Source: Octopus sinensis (lineage: Eukaryota). Taken from it: a stretch of 64,000 bases of DNA. The position numbers were made by a program, and so were the translations under genes. Below are positions 13,841-27,989 of the stretch, one piece after another. Position 1 is the stretch's first letter. Each line of letters opens with the position of its first letter. The stretch spans positions 83,266,001-83,330,000 of the forward strand of contig NC_042999.1 of the NCBI RefSeq assembly GCF_006345805.1, written 5' to 3'. The notes beneath the pieces were generated by a model. That model saw nothing but the letters and a program-made list of their open reading frames with translations. It did no database searches and was not told where the DNA came from.

Positions 13841-16398
13841 CGTACTAATCTTAATCCATTGCCTGTTTTTATTCTGCCTTCTGGCACTTGGCAGCTTTTA
13901 ACAGAGATTACTCTGTTGTATGCTTCAGACCAAGTCTCAAGTCAGAAGATAGCTGTTCTACTTCCTATAGCAGCAATCCTTGGTAGTTTCGTCCCCAAAT
14001 TTTCCCCCTCCTCTTATAAATTTTAAAGGTCTTGCAGTAAATCATAGGTGCTACCCTTCCCCTTCTTTTTAAACTATAAAAAAAATGTCAGGAGGGTGTG
14101 GTTAAAGGGAGATTAAGCAGCTATTTCTAAAAGGTTGCAGTTCCTTTGTTGGCTCAACTACAGCATTGTTGACAGTGTAGAAGTGTGGGTTAGAGGGATA
14201 GGTCAAATAGTTGAAGTAGTGTCATCATCAGCAACAGTAGTAGTAGATAGCAGTGGTCATAGTAGAGGTGGTAGTAGTGTTATTGCTTTCGATTATGGAG
14301 TTAGTGGATTTTGCGCATTGGTCCTGGTGGAAATGGTACCCATGGCAATGGTTTGTTCCTTCCTTCCACTATACCCCACAAATTGTGCTGATGGAATGAT
14401 GTAACTGGAGAGAAAAAGTTAGCAGGAAGAGGTGAGCTGCTGTCAGTGAACTGTGCAACAGTCACTCCTTGACAAGCCTTTTCTTTTTCTTGACAGGTGA
14501 TGTAACATACTTGGGGAAAACAAATTAAAGGTAGTCTAGACAATTAAGTGGGGAAAGGAAGAGGAGAATCTAGAGAAGAAAGAGGTGAAAAAAAATCCAG
14601 ATATGTAAAAGGAAGGGAGAAGCATTTGGTCAAAAAAATTACATTTTAGGAGGGTGGTAGGAGGACATTTAATTAACATAAAATTTGAAAAAAAAGGGGT
14701 GGGGAGGAAATAATAAAGGAAAATAATTGTAAAAAATATTGTAATGATAGTGGGAGCATAGCAGTGACAATGTGTGTGAGTGTGGTGGTGGGAGAATATA
14801 GCAGGTTTCTGTTAAGTTACTTCCCACATACATTCACCTTCATTGTCCACTACATGTACCTCTCAGTACCAGTCTCCACCACTGTAAGATCTTGTGATGT
14901 CAACCTTAGTGCTTAAGCCCTTCCTGTCTTTCTTAAAGAACTTGAAACTATGGCAGGTGACATATGTCCTGAGGAATTTCATTAAAGGGTGTCTGTCATG
15001 CCTGTTGGGCTAGGTTAAGTCTGATTAGTATGCAATATTTATTGTGTGATTATATCCTATGATTTTTCATTACGTATTCGGAAATGATTCATAGTTCATT
15101 GTTATAGTGGTGATGATGTCCAAGGCATAGATTTTACAAAAAGTAAAAAAAAAAAAAAAGCTATCCTTCTGGCCTGTATCGGGAAGGAAAATAAATTATT
15201 TTATAAAACTTTTAAAATACAATAAATTTGTGTAATATAAAGCAGATATGTGAATGCGGATATTTTATGTAGTGAACTTTTCTTTCTTTAGCTTCTCTGA
15301 AGAAGAACCTTGCCCCAAACTAGAATTCGCTTTCCCTCACAGCATATAAGCTTATTTAGTCAGCTTCTAGCTGACTAAAACCTTGTGAGTGGATTTGGTT
15401 GATGGAAGCTGAAAGAAGCCCAATAGAATAAGTACTAGGTCAATTCATTTGGCTAAAATTTTTCAAGGTAGTGCCCCAGCATGGCCACAGTCTAAAGACT
15501 GAAACAAGTGAAAGGGTAGAAGGTATATGTTTGGTTTTCCAATGCTTGCATGGGTCGGATGAGTACACATGTACATCTGTTTATGTCTCAACCAGATGTA
15601 AACATTGTCAAGAAGGGAAAATACAAAAAAGAAAAAAAAAAATTACAAGTACTTTGTAATGACATTCTTCACAAATATTTGTCTTGCTTTGCACCTATTG
15701 ATTTACTGTGAACCTTTGAATGGCCCATTGGCAGTCTGCAACAAACAACACTATTGTGCATGATTCCAATTTAAAATTTAAAGAAGAAATAACAACTGAA
15801 AGTAAACAAAAAGAAAACATGTGTATGTATGTATGAATTTATATGTATATATATTATATTATATTTATGTACAATGTATGTGTCTGTGTGTGTGTGTGTA
15901 TATATATGTATGTATTTACCTGCGTGTTATGTGTGTGTTTGTGTATGAGAGAGAAAGACTAAATGATGTGGGAGATTCATGTTTTGTACATCTGTGTATG
16001 TTTGCATCATTTTTACCAGTTCCGTTTAGTACGTTAGTTTCTTTTTCATTTCTACATTATTATTTTTTTTTTTGTTTTTTGGTACTTTCAGCAGTTACAA
16101 ATGGTGTTACAGCATGGTCTGTATAAAATGCTCATTAACTGAATAAAATGTAAAGCTAAATTAATAATAATGATATTAATAACAAAATTTTTTTTTTTAA
16201 ATAAAATAAAGATCAACCATTCAATAATAATAATGATAATAATAATAATAATAATAATATCATCATCATCATCATCATCATTGTTATTGTTAATATTATT
16301 ATTATTATTAAACCATCAAGTAAGGCAACAAGTATTGTTTCTGCAGGTGTATTAAGAACTTTCAGTTTTGAGATTACCTTCCACACACACACACACAC

Positions 16399-16466
<68 letters not shown>

Positions 16467-16978
16467 GAAAAGGAGAAAAAAAAACAATATAAATAAAGAA
16501 AACTGTGTGAATATATATTATCAAACACCTTTTAATTGAAAACAAACATCAGAAAGTCTGAGAAAGAACGTCAAAAAAAGGAAAAAATAAGAAGATAAAA
16601 ATAAAGTTGAAAAAAAAAAACCAAAAATATGGTTGTCTTATAAAAATATAAGAAAAAAAAGAAACTATTGCAAGTACTTTCCTACACAAAACATTATTTA
16701 ACATAACATTGAATAATGTAGGAAGTAGACCAAATGATTTGTTTATATTTTTAAATTTTATAGATAGAAAACGAAGATGGTGTTAAAAATGTTTTTGTTT
16801 CATGCCATTCTGTTATTCTTGTCTGTTTTTACTGTATGTGTGAGTGTATGGTTGCTGTCTTCAGTATAATTCACACACACATTCATTCTCTCTAATATTA
16901 TGTATATATATGTGTGTATATATATGTATATATATATATATGTGTGTGTGTGTGTATATATATATGTATATATATATA

Positions 16979-17026
<48 letters not shown>

Positions 17027-17361
17027 TGAGTGTGTTTATGTATATATATGCACATATATTTCACACAATGATATCATATTGAAAACATTTGGTTCCCATC
17101 CTATCATCAAAGTTAAGCTGTGTTGGGCCTAGTTACTACTTAGTTGGCTGACCGTTTAGGGAACTAGGTTTTATAAACATCCTTTAGGTGTAGATGTAGC
17201 TGTGTGGTTAAGAAACTTACTTTCCTGTCATATGGTTTTGGGTTCAGTTCCATTGCAAGTTACCTTAGGCGACTGTGTTCTATTATAAATCTAACCCAAC
17301 CAAAGTTTTGCGTGCGGATTTGTTTGTCAGAAACTGAAATAAGCCCTTTGTGTGTGTGTGT

Positions 17362-17436
<75 letters not shown>

Positions 17437-17903
17437 TGTATAGGTGTATGTGTTATTTCCTATAGTTTGCAAAGACATGTCTGACCATGGGGGAAATGGT
17501 AACTTTCTTAGAAATTGGTAAGGGTTCATGACAGGAAGGTCATTCATCTACAGGAAATCTATTATGATAAATTCTGTCTGACCCATGCAAGAATGAAAAA
17601 GTGCCCATTAAAATGATGATGATGTGTATGTGTATATATCTGTAATGAAGATGCATGTTTCAATGGTTGGTGTTGGGCTTACAATCATGAGGTTGTGAGT
17701 TCAGTTCCCAGACCAGGCTGTGTGGTGTGTTGTTGAACCTGACACTTTATTTCATGTTGCTCCAGTTCACTGGACTGTGGAAATGAGTGACATCATCACT
17801 GGGGCCAAGCTGATTGCCTTTGTCTTTCCCATGGGCAACATTGGTGGCATGGAGAAGGAAAACTGCTATGTATGGGCAATTGCTGGTCTTCCACAAAACA
17901 ACC

Positions 17904-18134
17904 TATTTCTTTACTACCCACAAGGGGCTAAACACAGAGGGGACAAACACTGACAGATAAACAGATTAAGTCGATTATATCGACCCCAGTGCATAACTGG
18001 TACTTATTTAATCGACCCCGAAAGGATGAATGGCAAAGTCGACCTCGGCGGAATTTGAACTCAGAACATAGCGGCAGACGAAATGCTGCAAAGCATTTCG
18101 CCCGGCTTGCTAACATTTCTGCCAGCTCGCCGCC
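17904..18134 (-). mobile_element. SINE, family A (ggcggcgagctggcaga...gagttcaaattccgccgaggtcgac...aaagaaata), full length
   Basis: Highly similar to 39014-39234 and 61851-62068. GAGTTCAAATT B-box-like motif. Confidence 0.85.
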
Positions 18135-18521
18135 GCAACAACCTTGCTTGGACTTGTACCTCAAAGGGGAACTTTCTAGATGTAATCCTGTGGTCATTCA
18201 TGACCAAAGGGGGTCTTTACTTTTCTTTATATACATACATACATGTGTCTGTGTGTGCATATCTGTATGTGTATATATAGCAGTATGTGAGTATGTGTTT
18301 GATGTATATGTTTATCTATTTGTGTATGCATAGCTGTATGTATCTAGAACTTTTCTTCTTAGTCTACTTGACTCTTGTTTTCTTTTTCACTTTTTTTACT
18401 GTTACCATTTAAATGTTTACTTAGTGTCATGTCTGTATTGTATAGTAAGTACAAGCTTGGTTAATGCCCTGGTGGTTAGTAGTTTATTCCAAGTTTACTA
18501 TTGCTTTTCATCTATACATAT

Positions 18522-18552
<31 letters not shown>

Positions 18553-18907
18553 TTTACCTGTCAGTTCCATCAGTTTGGCTCTCAGGTAGTCTTTTTTTTT
18601 TTTCTTTTTCTGTTTCTGATGTCTGTCTGTGTTTATGTTCATGTATCGGGAAGTTTGTGATGCTTGTTGTTGTTATTAAAAACAGACTGGTTTGAAGACA
18701 ACTGTGGTTAACTTCCCAAATCTTCTTACTGCTCTGAGATAGAAAAGAAAAGGCGCAAGAAAGAGGAATCGGCAGCAACACTTTAATCATTGTCAAAATA
18801 ACTACAGTCTTGATAGCTATTTTTCATCACAAGATGTTATTCTTTATAATATTAATAATAATAATAATAATAATTTTCAACTTCAATGTGGTTATTGCTA
18901 GTTGAAA

Positions 18908-18939
<32 letters not shown>

Positions 18940-18944
18940 TACTA

Positions 18945-19620
18945 AGAAGGTGGTGAGCTGCCAGAATAGTTAGCACGCTGGACAAAATGATTAGCAGTAT
19001 TTCACCTGTTGCTTCATTCTGAGCTCAAATTCTTCCGAGGTCAACTTTGCCTTTCATCCTTTCAAGGTTGATAAATTAAATACCAGGAAAATACTGGGGT
19101 CAATGTAATCGACTTACCCCTCCCTCAAAATTTCTGGCCTTGTGCCTACAGTTAAAAGGATTATTATTATTATTATTATCATTATTATTATTATTATTAT
19201 TAAGGCATTGAACTGGTAGAATGATTAGCACACTGAGCAAAATGCTTAGTGGCATTATTTCTGTCTTAACGTGTTCTGAGTTCAAATTCTGCCAAGGCAG
19301 AATTTCAACCTTCCAGGGTCAATAAATTAAGTACTATTTGAATACTGGGGCACAGTTGATGTAATCAACTTAAGCTCCTCTCTCATAACTTCAGCAGCTT
19401 TCTGGCTTGCCAGCCCTCAGTCAAACCATCCAACTCATGCCAGTATGGAAAGCGGATGTTAAACAACGATGATGATAATGATGATGTGCCTATAGTAGTA
19501 AGGATTATTATTATTATTATTATATTATAATTGAGGTGGTGAGCTGGCAGAATTTTTAGCATGTCAGGTAAAATGCTTAGTGGTCTTTCATCCATCCTCA
19601 CATCCTGAATTCAAATTCCA
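18945..19620 (+). mobile_element. Cluster of three older family-A-related SINE copies separated by (ATT)n
   Basis: Repeated gagctg(c/g)cagaa...ttagca...aaaatg(c/a)ttag...gagttcaaatt heads at about 18950, 19203 and 19533. Further copies at about 9370-10470 (minus), 26930-27420, 36470-36720 and 43560-44210 (minus). Confidence 0.7.
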
Positions 19621-20887
19621 TGCAGTGGGATGATCCTGGGACCTTGTAATAATGAAGAGGACTTTATAACCATCTGGGAATACATGTGTGTGTGTGTATG
19701 CATTGGCAGACAGGCATCGGTATGTGGTTTAGAACTTTGCTTCCTAACAACCACATGATTTCAGGTTCAGTCTCACTGCATGGTACCTTGGGCCATATTT
19801 TCTACTATAGCTGTCATGTGATTGTTGTAAATAAATATCATTCATTCCCAATCTTCAGTGAAAATATGCTGGCCTTGGGGAAATATTACCTTGCATGGAA
19901 AGAGTTAAGAGTTGATGACAGGAAGGGCATCCAACCATAGAAAATCTTCCTCCATATATTCCATCTGACTCATGCAAGCATGCATATGTGGAAGTAAAAT
20001 GATATGATGGTGATATATAATGCTTGTAAAACAGTTGTGGAGAGATGTGATTGGAATTGAGATATTTCTGCTGTAGTGTGTATGATTTAGTAGGTCAAGG
20101 AATTCAAACACAAGTTCCTCTCCCATTGGTCTCATTAAAATTGTTAATGAAAACCATGTGGAAGCACTTCAGACCCTAACAGGTTTACCAACATGCATCA
20201 GTTGTCATGTATTCATTCCCGTGAGACATTTTGGTTTATTTAGAATCTAAGATTACAATCAACTCCATAAAAAAAAAAAATCGTGATGTTAAAAAAAACC
20301 CAACCATTTTGCTCTATTTACATTTGGTAAAATAGATTATTGTTTTGTTCCTTTAGTTTACTTGTTTCCTTTTCTTACTTTTTAAATTTCTTTTTATTTT
20401 CATGTAGCTTTGTTTGTTTGTTTATTTATTTTATACACTTTGGAAATGTTGAACAGAATGTTTTACATAACCAATCTGCCCCTGTAATTTCGCTTATGGC
20501 TTACAGTGTAGTGTTGTGTTGTCTGCAGGAAATGTATGCATTGTAGTAATCAGGTTTTGAAATTTAGAAGGAACTATTACTTTACATAACTTTTTTATGT
20601 TTTTAACTTTTTTTTTTATTTTTCTGGTTTTCTTTTTAATATTTTTGTGTATTTTAAATTACAGCACAGAGGGCAGATGACAAAATTGATAGAACATTAT
20701 ATAAAATATATTTTGTATTTGGTTATGTTCTGAGTTCAATTCTTGTCTTGGTCTGCTTTGCCTTTCGTCCTTCTGTTGTTGATCAAATGAATACCAATGA
20801 AGAAAATAAAGACTATGAATATTGTAGAGTTTTGCAACTTATTTTAGGCTATGAGAATGCCAGTAGAATGATACCAGTAGAAGAATG

Positions 20888-20925
<38 letters not shown>

Positions 20926-21214
20926 TCTGATGCATTAGTGAAGTTGGTTTTTCATTTAGGACATCTTAGTAACCAGAGCTACAAATTAACAACTGACCAT
21001 CCCTATTGATTTGAGTGACTGGTGGAATTATGTGTAATGATAGTTATGCCATTTCTAGTATCTTAGCTGCTTAAAATAGTTATTAGTTGGAATCACATTT
21101 AGATTGTTGATTTAATTCTCTGAGACCTTTCTTCTTCTACCATATTCATTGAAGACTGCATATATATGTTTTTATCCATATGTATGTGTGTCTGCATGTA
21201 GTGAGAATTTACAG

Positions 21215-21315
21215 AAAAAAAAATTGAAGTCAGGTGTGTAAACAACAAACAGATGTATTAGTTTAACACTTGGGAAGTGAGAAAGTCTTTTGCGTTTCGA
21301 GCCTATGCTCTTCAT
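21215..21315 (-). mobile_element. Truncated Penelope-type terminal repeat remnant (related minimal hammerhead motif)
   Basis: Minus strand reads ...atga-a-gagc-atag-gctc-gaaacgc-aaaagac..., the same GAGC/GCUC-GAAACG layout as 47006-47040. Confidence 0.45.
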
Positions 21316-23582
21316 TGTGGTGATAGTCAGTGGAGTTTGTATTCTTAAATGTTGAAGAAAGACAAAGGAATATATTTTCTTTCTTCAGAGGAGCATATAA
21401 GTTTTGTAATCTGTGGTATATGTATATATAGCAGGAGTGAGAGGCAGACAGAGCAACTGCCCCTTCTACTACAGCCTCACTCAGTTGAAGGATTTAAAAA
21501 AAATTTTTTTGTCTTGCAAGTTACTTGGCAATCTCACTAGTGCTGATGTCACAAACGAAGTGCCCAATACCCTCTTTAAAGTGGTTGGTATTAGGAAGGG
21601 CATCCAACCATAGAAAACATGCCAAAGCAGACATTAGGAGTAGAGCTTGACACTGTCCTCTGATTCATTGGATCCTGTCAACCCAGCCAACCCAAGCCAG
21701 CATAGAAGGACGTTAACTCACATTGCTAATTATTTATGTATGTATGTATCATTAGAGAGCAATTCAGCAGGGTGAGCTGCCACTTAGACATGTCCAGTGG
21801 ATGAGGGTGCTCAATTCCAATTTTTCTTATTATTCACATTCTTAACATTTGGCATTAATAGATATAATAATAGTTATTATTCAGTAGTCTTATTTTCATC
21901 ACATGCTTTCACAGCACTACCAAGTGCAGCTCTGTGCTGTGGTTTGTTGTGATTCTCTTATTATTACTGTATTAAAAATGTTTTATGTAGGATGTATGCG
22001 GTGCTTAGTGCTGTTTTCTGTATGTTATATATACTTGTTAGTCCCGGTGTTTTTGTCATGTATTTGTCTGAATATTTTTATTATTATAACTCAAGGAAGA
22101 AAGAGGTATCATACTGAGTTTCCCTAGCAACACAACTTGTAGACAGTAGTGTCTTGGCAATATAGCTGATGTATTTGTTTTGCATTTACCATAAGATGTA
22201 TGCATAGAATTGAAAAAAAATGCACTTGATTAATTTGTTTAAACTAGTCTAAAATTCTGATAATTGTCATTTTTATTAATTGTAGATCTAAAACTGAGGA
22301 TTTCAATCCTTGGTGATTGTTTGTTTAGCCCTAGATCAGTCTTGTTCAAATAGACTTTTGATCAAATACATTCTAGCCTTTACCATTCCGTGTTTTATTC
22401 AAACAACGTATCCATGACTACCTTATCATATTCCATTTTTAAAATGGTAAGATGTCATTTTGAACTGTTTCAGTCATTGGATTGTGGTCATCCTGGGGCA
22501 CTGTATTAAAGGGTTTAGTCAAACAAATCAGCCCTAATGCTTATTTTCATGTCTGGTACTTATTCTACTGGTGAACCACTAAGTTACAATGACGCCAAAA
22601 ACATCAGTTTTAAAGTAGTGGTAGGGGACAAATACAAAGAGAGACATGCACACATTTGACAGGCTTCTATACATTTTCCATCTACTAAATTTACTCACAC
22701 AGCATTGTTTGCCCAAGGCTATAGTGGAACACATTGATCCAAGGTGCTGTGCAGTGGAATTGAACCTGAAAGCACATGGTTGCAAAGCAAGCTTCTTAAA
22801 TACACAACCATTCGTGTGCCTGAACATATATTGATTGGCAATTGACCCTATTAATTGGTTATTGGATATTGATTAGTGTGTTTGTGTTTAGATTGATTTT
22901 ATTGATTTATAATATGAGACTAGCTAGAATGTGCTTTCTTTGAGGTTCATACCTGGAAAAAGAGCTAAATTTGATGTTACAGGAACCAAATACTGCAGCC
23001 TGATTTATTGTCTTTTGTATTCCATTCTGTATTAAATAGTAACAGCAAAGTGGCTGGAACTTCAGAGATTTATGTGTCTTGTCTGGATACGAACTGACAT
23101 TCATGTCTCTCATAAATATATGTTAGAAGTGCTTAAGACATTTCTACATCTACATATATTCAAGAAAATTTACTTCTACTACTCATGGTCAACTTGACTA
23201 TTTGTGCATATATGTGTGTGTATATGTATGTGCATGTGTGTGTGTGTGTGTGTATATATATGTATGTATGTTTACATATTTGTATACATTTATATATTTA
23301 TAGGTCTGTATATTTGTATTTAAATGTTCCAGTTTTTCAGTGAAAGTATATTTTTTTTATTTAAGCTGTATTCTTTTCTCACAAATTGAGTTTTACACCT
23401 TTCAGGGAAGAACAATCCAGTGTTCTGGCTGATTTTTATGTATTTCAGAGTTGTTTTTTTTTTTATTTTTTATTGATGGCTATCATTTTTATTGGCTGTT
23501 TTTAATATTGTTTTATTGAGATATTATCTCTAGTTTCCATCATTTCCAATATATATAATGTGTGTGTGTGTGCGTTTATATT

Positions 23583-23670
<88 letters not shown>

Positions 23671-23940
23671 CAATACAATCAAGGAAGATCAATGCATAGA
23701 ATGCCAGAAATGGCTAGGTACAATAACATAGAGTTCATAGTGAGGTGTGTATATATGTATATAATATATATATGTGTGTGTGTGTGTGCGTATGTAAATT
23801 TGTGTATGTGTATATATATATATATATATACACATATATATATATATATATATATATATGTAAATGGATGTTTGTGTGTGTATATATATATATGTGTGTG
23901 TGTGTGTATATATGTAAATGTGTGTATATATATATATATA

Positions 23941-24406
23941 TAATCAAGGAAAGGTAATAAACCTCATTAAGGGATCATAAATCCAATGAAAATACTGGTT
24001 AGTTACTAATCCATAGTAAGTTCAACTATAAGGTAACCATAAAAACCGTGGTTCATATATTTATATATTTAAAGAATAAGAAGAAAATGGAGAGGTAATT
24101 AATAAAATTATTTATTAATTATAAAATATGACAGCATCTCTGACAGCTGTTTCGTTTCAGAAATCTTTAGATAATTAAATTATAAAATTAAAATCATTAT
24201 AAGATGAATCTCTTCAAAGGTAGTAAAGATATACCGATTAGAAATACATGATGAGATAATGGCTATAAAAGAGATTCATCTTATAATGATGTTAATTTTA
24301 TAAATTAATTATCTAAAGATTTCTGAATCGAAACAGCTGTCAGAGACATCATATTTTATAATTAAATAATTTTACTAATTACCTCTCCATTTTTCTCCTT
24401 ATTCAT

Positions 24407-24415
<9 letters not shown>
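23941..24415 (-). mobile_element. TA-flanked fold-back element with ~150-bp inverted arms carrying a degenerate long-stem-II hammerhead
   Basis: Arms 24061-24216 and 24269-24415 are reverse complements. The right arm reads GAUUCA...UGAAUC-GAAAC-AGCU-GUC-AGAGA; the left arm (minus) has UUGAAGA-GAUUCA. Core C3 and stem I are damaged. Confidence 0.6.
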
Positions 24416-24445
<30 letters not shown>

Positions 24446-24635
24446 GAAAATAAATGTCCAACCGTACTCCATGTTAACTCCAAATTTTGTCAATTATCTA
24501 TTCACATACGGCAGATGCCCAAACACAAACCTGGAAGTACGTATAATACTTACTACTGGTTAGCACAGGGTAAATCTGAAGGTGGATGAACTTTACCCTG
24601 TACTCTACTATGTTCTTAACAGAGTATATCATAAC

Positions 24636-24676
<41 letters not shown>

Positions 24677-25169
24677 ATATAAATCTATGTGTTTAAATGT
24701 ATATATGTAAATCTGTTTGTGTATATATTTCAGAGTGTGTATGTATATGTGTATACATACACATACTCACATTTATGTATAGAGTTGAACATTAATTTCC
24801 TCATATTTCCAGACACATGCTTGCTTTCTGTTCTCAGTACTCACCACTTTGCTTTTGTAATATTCATTTCAAATTAGTTTCTAACTATAATTACTTGGAA
24901 AGATTTTACTTCATTTTAATATATAATACTTTATTATATTTGCTTAGTCTCTTTGTTTTCTTGATACAATAAACCTTGAATGTATTGTGTTTATAATTTC
25001 ATTTGCAATATGATAAACCTTGTCTTTATTAATATATAATTTCATTTATATTCTGAATATATATATATAAGAAACTATGCTTTCGTTAATTTGCAACTTT
25101 TTTGGACATTTTCTGTATTTTTCATTGTTTTAAATTTAATAAAATTTTGAAGATATATATGTTAGTGTG

Positions 25170-25213
<44 letters not shown>

Positions 25214-25450
25214 AGGTTGTATATGCAGGTATATATACATGTATGTGTGTATGTCTATATGTGTGCATATATATTTATATATGTTCATGTAATACCTGAT
25301 ACATCAATGAGATTTTTGTTATCTTATCATCATAAAATATAGATAACATTATTCTACTTTTTTTACTATATATTTGCAGCCAGTGTGGTGTGGCCATGCT
25401 GGATCAGTGCTTCATTATTACATTTCTTAAAAATAACTTCTCTTCTGCAG

Positions 25451-25812
25451 ATCATCGACCAATTGAGTCACGAAACCATCTGACTACGGCTGAATTTATT
25501 CCGACTCCCATTTTTATCGGTTCGCTGGTTTTTGTCTTCCTGTTGGCAAGTGGGCTTGGTTTCATTGTCGGTTTTAAAGTGAGCACCTGCAAAGATTCTC
25601 AGGACAATGACTCGACGATTGATGATGCTACGGCAAATCTGCGTGTCCACCAAGAAAATGACCACTACTACGCCAAACCAGATAATCGTGCTCCGACGAA
25701 ATACAACAACTACTGGGACGGCTCTCCAAGAGCTGGCAAAGTACCAAACAATGGTTCTGAATTCCGACCTGTGAACACTTATACAAATGTCAAAGGGAAG
25801 ACCTATTTATAG
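25451..25812 (+). CDS. Sema1a: Terminal coding exon of a single-pass type I membrane protein, probably semaphorin-1A-like (TM helix plus cytoplasmic tail)
   Basis: Acceptor tcttctgcag ends at 25450. The open frame gives DHRPIESRNHLTTAEFIPTP-IFIGSLVFVFLLASGLGFIVGF-KVSTCKD...NVKGKTYL* (TAG 25810-25812). TM end GFIVGF..C and C-terminus VKGKTYL resemble invertebrate Sema-1a (GFxxGF..RC; VKKVYL-type PDZ-binding end). Sema/PSI exons were not found in the window, so identity rests on motif recall. Confidence 0.6.
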
Positions 25813-27989
25813 CCAAGTGAAAAATGGAAAGAAAAAAAAAAACTAATAAAGAAATAAAAAACAAAAATAAAATATAAATAACAAAAGCAAAAAAATCCAA
25901 ATAACCAAAATAAAACAAAAAATACAAAAATGAAACAAAAACAAAAAAATATCTAAAGGGGGAAAGACACAACTCCACTGTGAAAGGAGAGGGGGGACTT
26001 TCATTATCAGTAATTAAGAATTATTATGATTGATCACTGTCATCATAATTATTGATTATTTATGATTACAGCTATGATTTCTTTTTTAATGTCTTAGTCA
26101 GTTCCTATTATCATTATTACTATTATTTATTATTATCAATATTATTTTTATTTTTATTATTATGATTATTTTAATGAAAGGGAAGATGGAGATTTTAGCA
26201 GAAATACTTGAGAGCTGCATCAGTTTTTTAGTCTTGTCTCTCTCTCTCTCTCTTTATATATATATTGCTATCTTCATTCTGTGTTCAAATCCCACCAGTG
26301 GTAGTTATTTTGTTTTGTTTTGTTTTTTTGCCTTTCATTCCTCTGGTGTTGGTACTGGTGGCTGTGGCAAAAGGTTGATAAAAACATGTACCCAGTTGAT
26401 AAAAAATAAGTACCCCCCTTATAACATTAAATGTTGGTAGTGTTCATTCAATCAACTATTAATTATTAACTAAAGCTCTTCTCTTGAACTATTGGGCTTT
26501 GTGCTTATATAAAGAGGAGGAGGAGGAGGGGATGATGAAGGAAAAAAATAAACATTGCCAAATAATAAAAAAGAAAGAAAAGTCTTTTTGTTTTTCTGGC
26601 TCCTGGTAAACCTTCTTCAGTGATAAGAATTTTGGCAACCCAGTTTCAGTTCCTGTTTGTAACTGTTTCACATGTATTTAACACATCACTTTTCTTTCTT
26701 TTTTATCTTTTCTTTTTTATCTTTGCTCCAGAGGTGGGAAGGCTGGAAGGTAAAAAAAAAATACGATTATAATTAATATAGAATGACCATAAATATCAAG
26801 GTGTTACCATTTCTCTCACTACATGCCTAACCCTATAGAATACACATAAACCTTCCCTTTAGAACTTTTGCTGGGCTGGTTGAGGCAAATGAAAATAATA
26901 GGAAACAACGTTCATCATCGTCATCATCATGGTGATGGGGTGGCTGTATTGTTAGTGTCAGACAAAATGCCTCGCTATATTCTGAGTTCAAATCCCACCG
27001 ATGTCAACTTTACCTTTCATACTTCTGGGGTCAATAAAATAAAGTATCAGTTATGTGCTGCAGACAACAGAGAATCGACTATTTCCTCTTTTCAAATTCA
27101 TCACCTTGTGCCATTAATTGGAGGAGAAGGAACAGTTGATTCTATATTAATGTCATCATCTTTATTATGATTATAATTATTATTGTCATCATTATTGTTA
27201 TGATTATAATTATTATTATCATCATTATTATTATTATTAAATTGGTAAGCTGCCAGAATCATTTGTACATTGGGCAGAATGCTTAGTGGTATTTTGTTTG
27301 CCTTTACAATCTGAGTTCAAATTCTGCCAAGGTCAACTTTGCCTTTCATCCTTTCAAAGTTGATAAAATAAGTACCAGCTGAGCACTGGGGTTGATGTAT
27401 TCAACTAGCTCCTTCCTCCAAAATTATTATTATTATTATTATGACTACTATAAATATTTTTTCTCTTTTTTTGATTGATCTTTAACCTCATCTTTTTCTG
27501 CTTCTCAATGTCTTATATTTTCTTACTAAAAGAAAAGATAATATTTATGTTCCTTAACAACAACAGCAGCAACAAGAACTTCAACAAACAAGAAACAAAC
27601 CCCAACTACAATCAAAATAAATTTATAATTAATTCAGAAGAGAAAATACAAAAGTGATACATACACAGAGTATATATATATATATGTATATATAATATGA
27701 GTATATCTGTGTTTTTCATCTTGCTTGCATTTTTTTTTCTCCATTAATTTTGTCAAGTGTGAGGAAGTAGGAGTGCTTAAGAAGGGGAATGATGTTGATA
27801 TGATCATTAATAAACATTAGTGTATCCCTGCTACTTTCCTGATTGGGTGTCATATGAATGAGAAGATTCATCGATACATGCTGCAGAGGTTGAAATTGAA
27901 ACGAGTTTCACCTGAAGATCACACAGTAGCTTGAAACTTGAGTCATGAGACAAACTCTCAGCTTCATTTTCAATTAAAGAAAAACTTTA

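Noticed and set aside
24566-24600. Hairpin cagggtaaa/tttaccctg enclosing ctgaagg...gaac
   Set aside because: The core lacks A9, GAAA and the NUH site; at most an unrecognisable relic.
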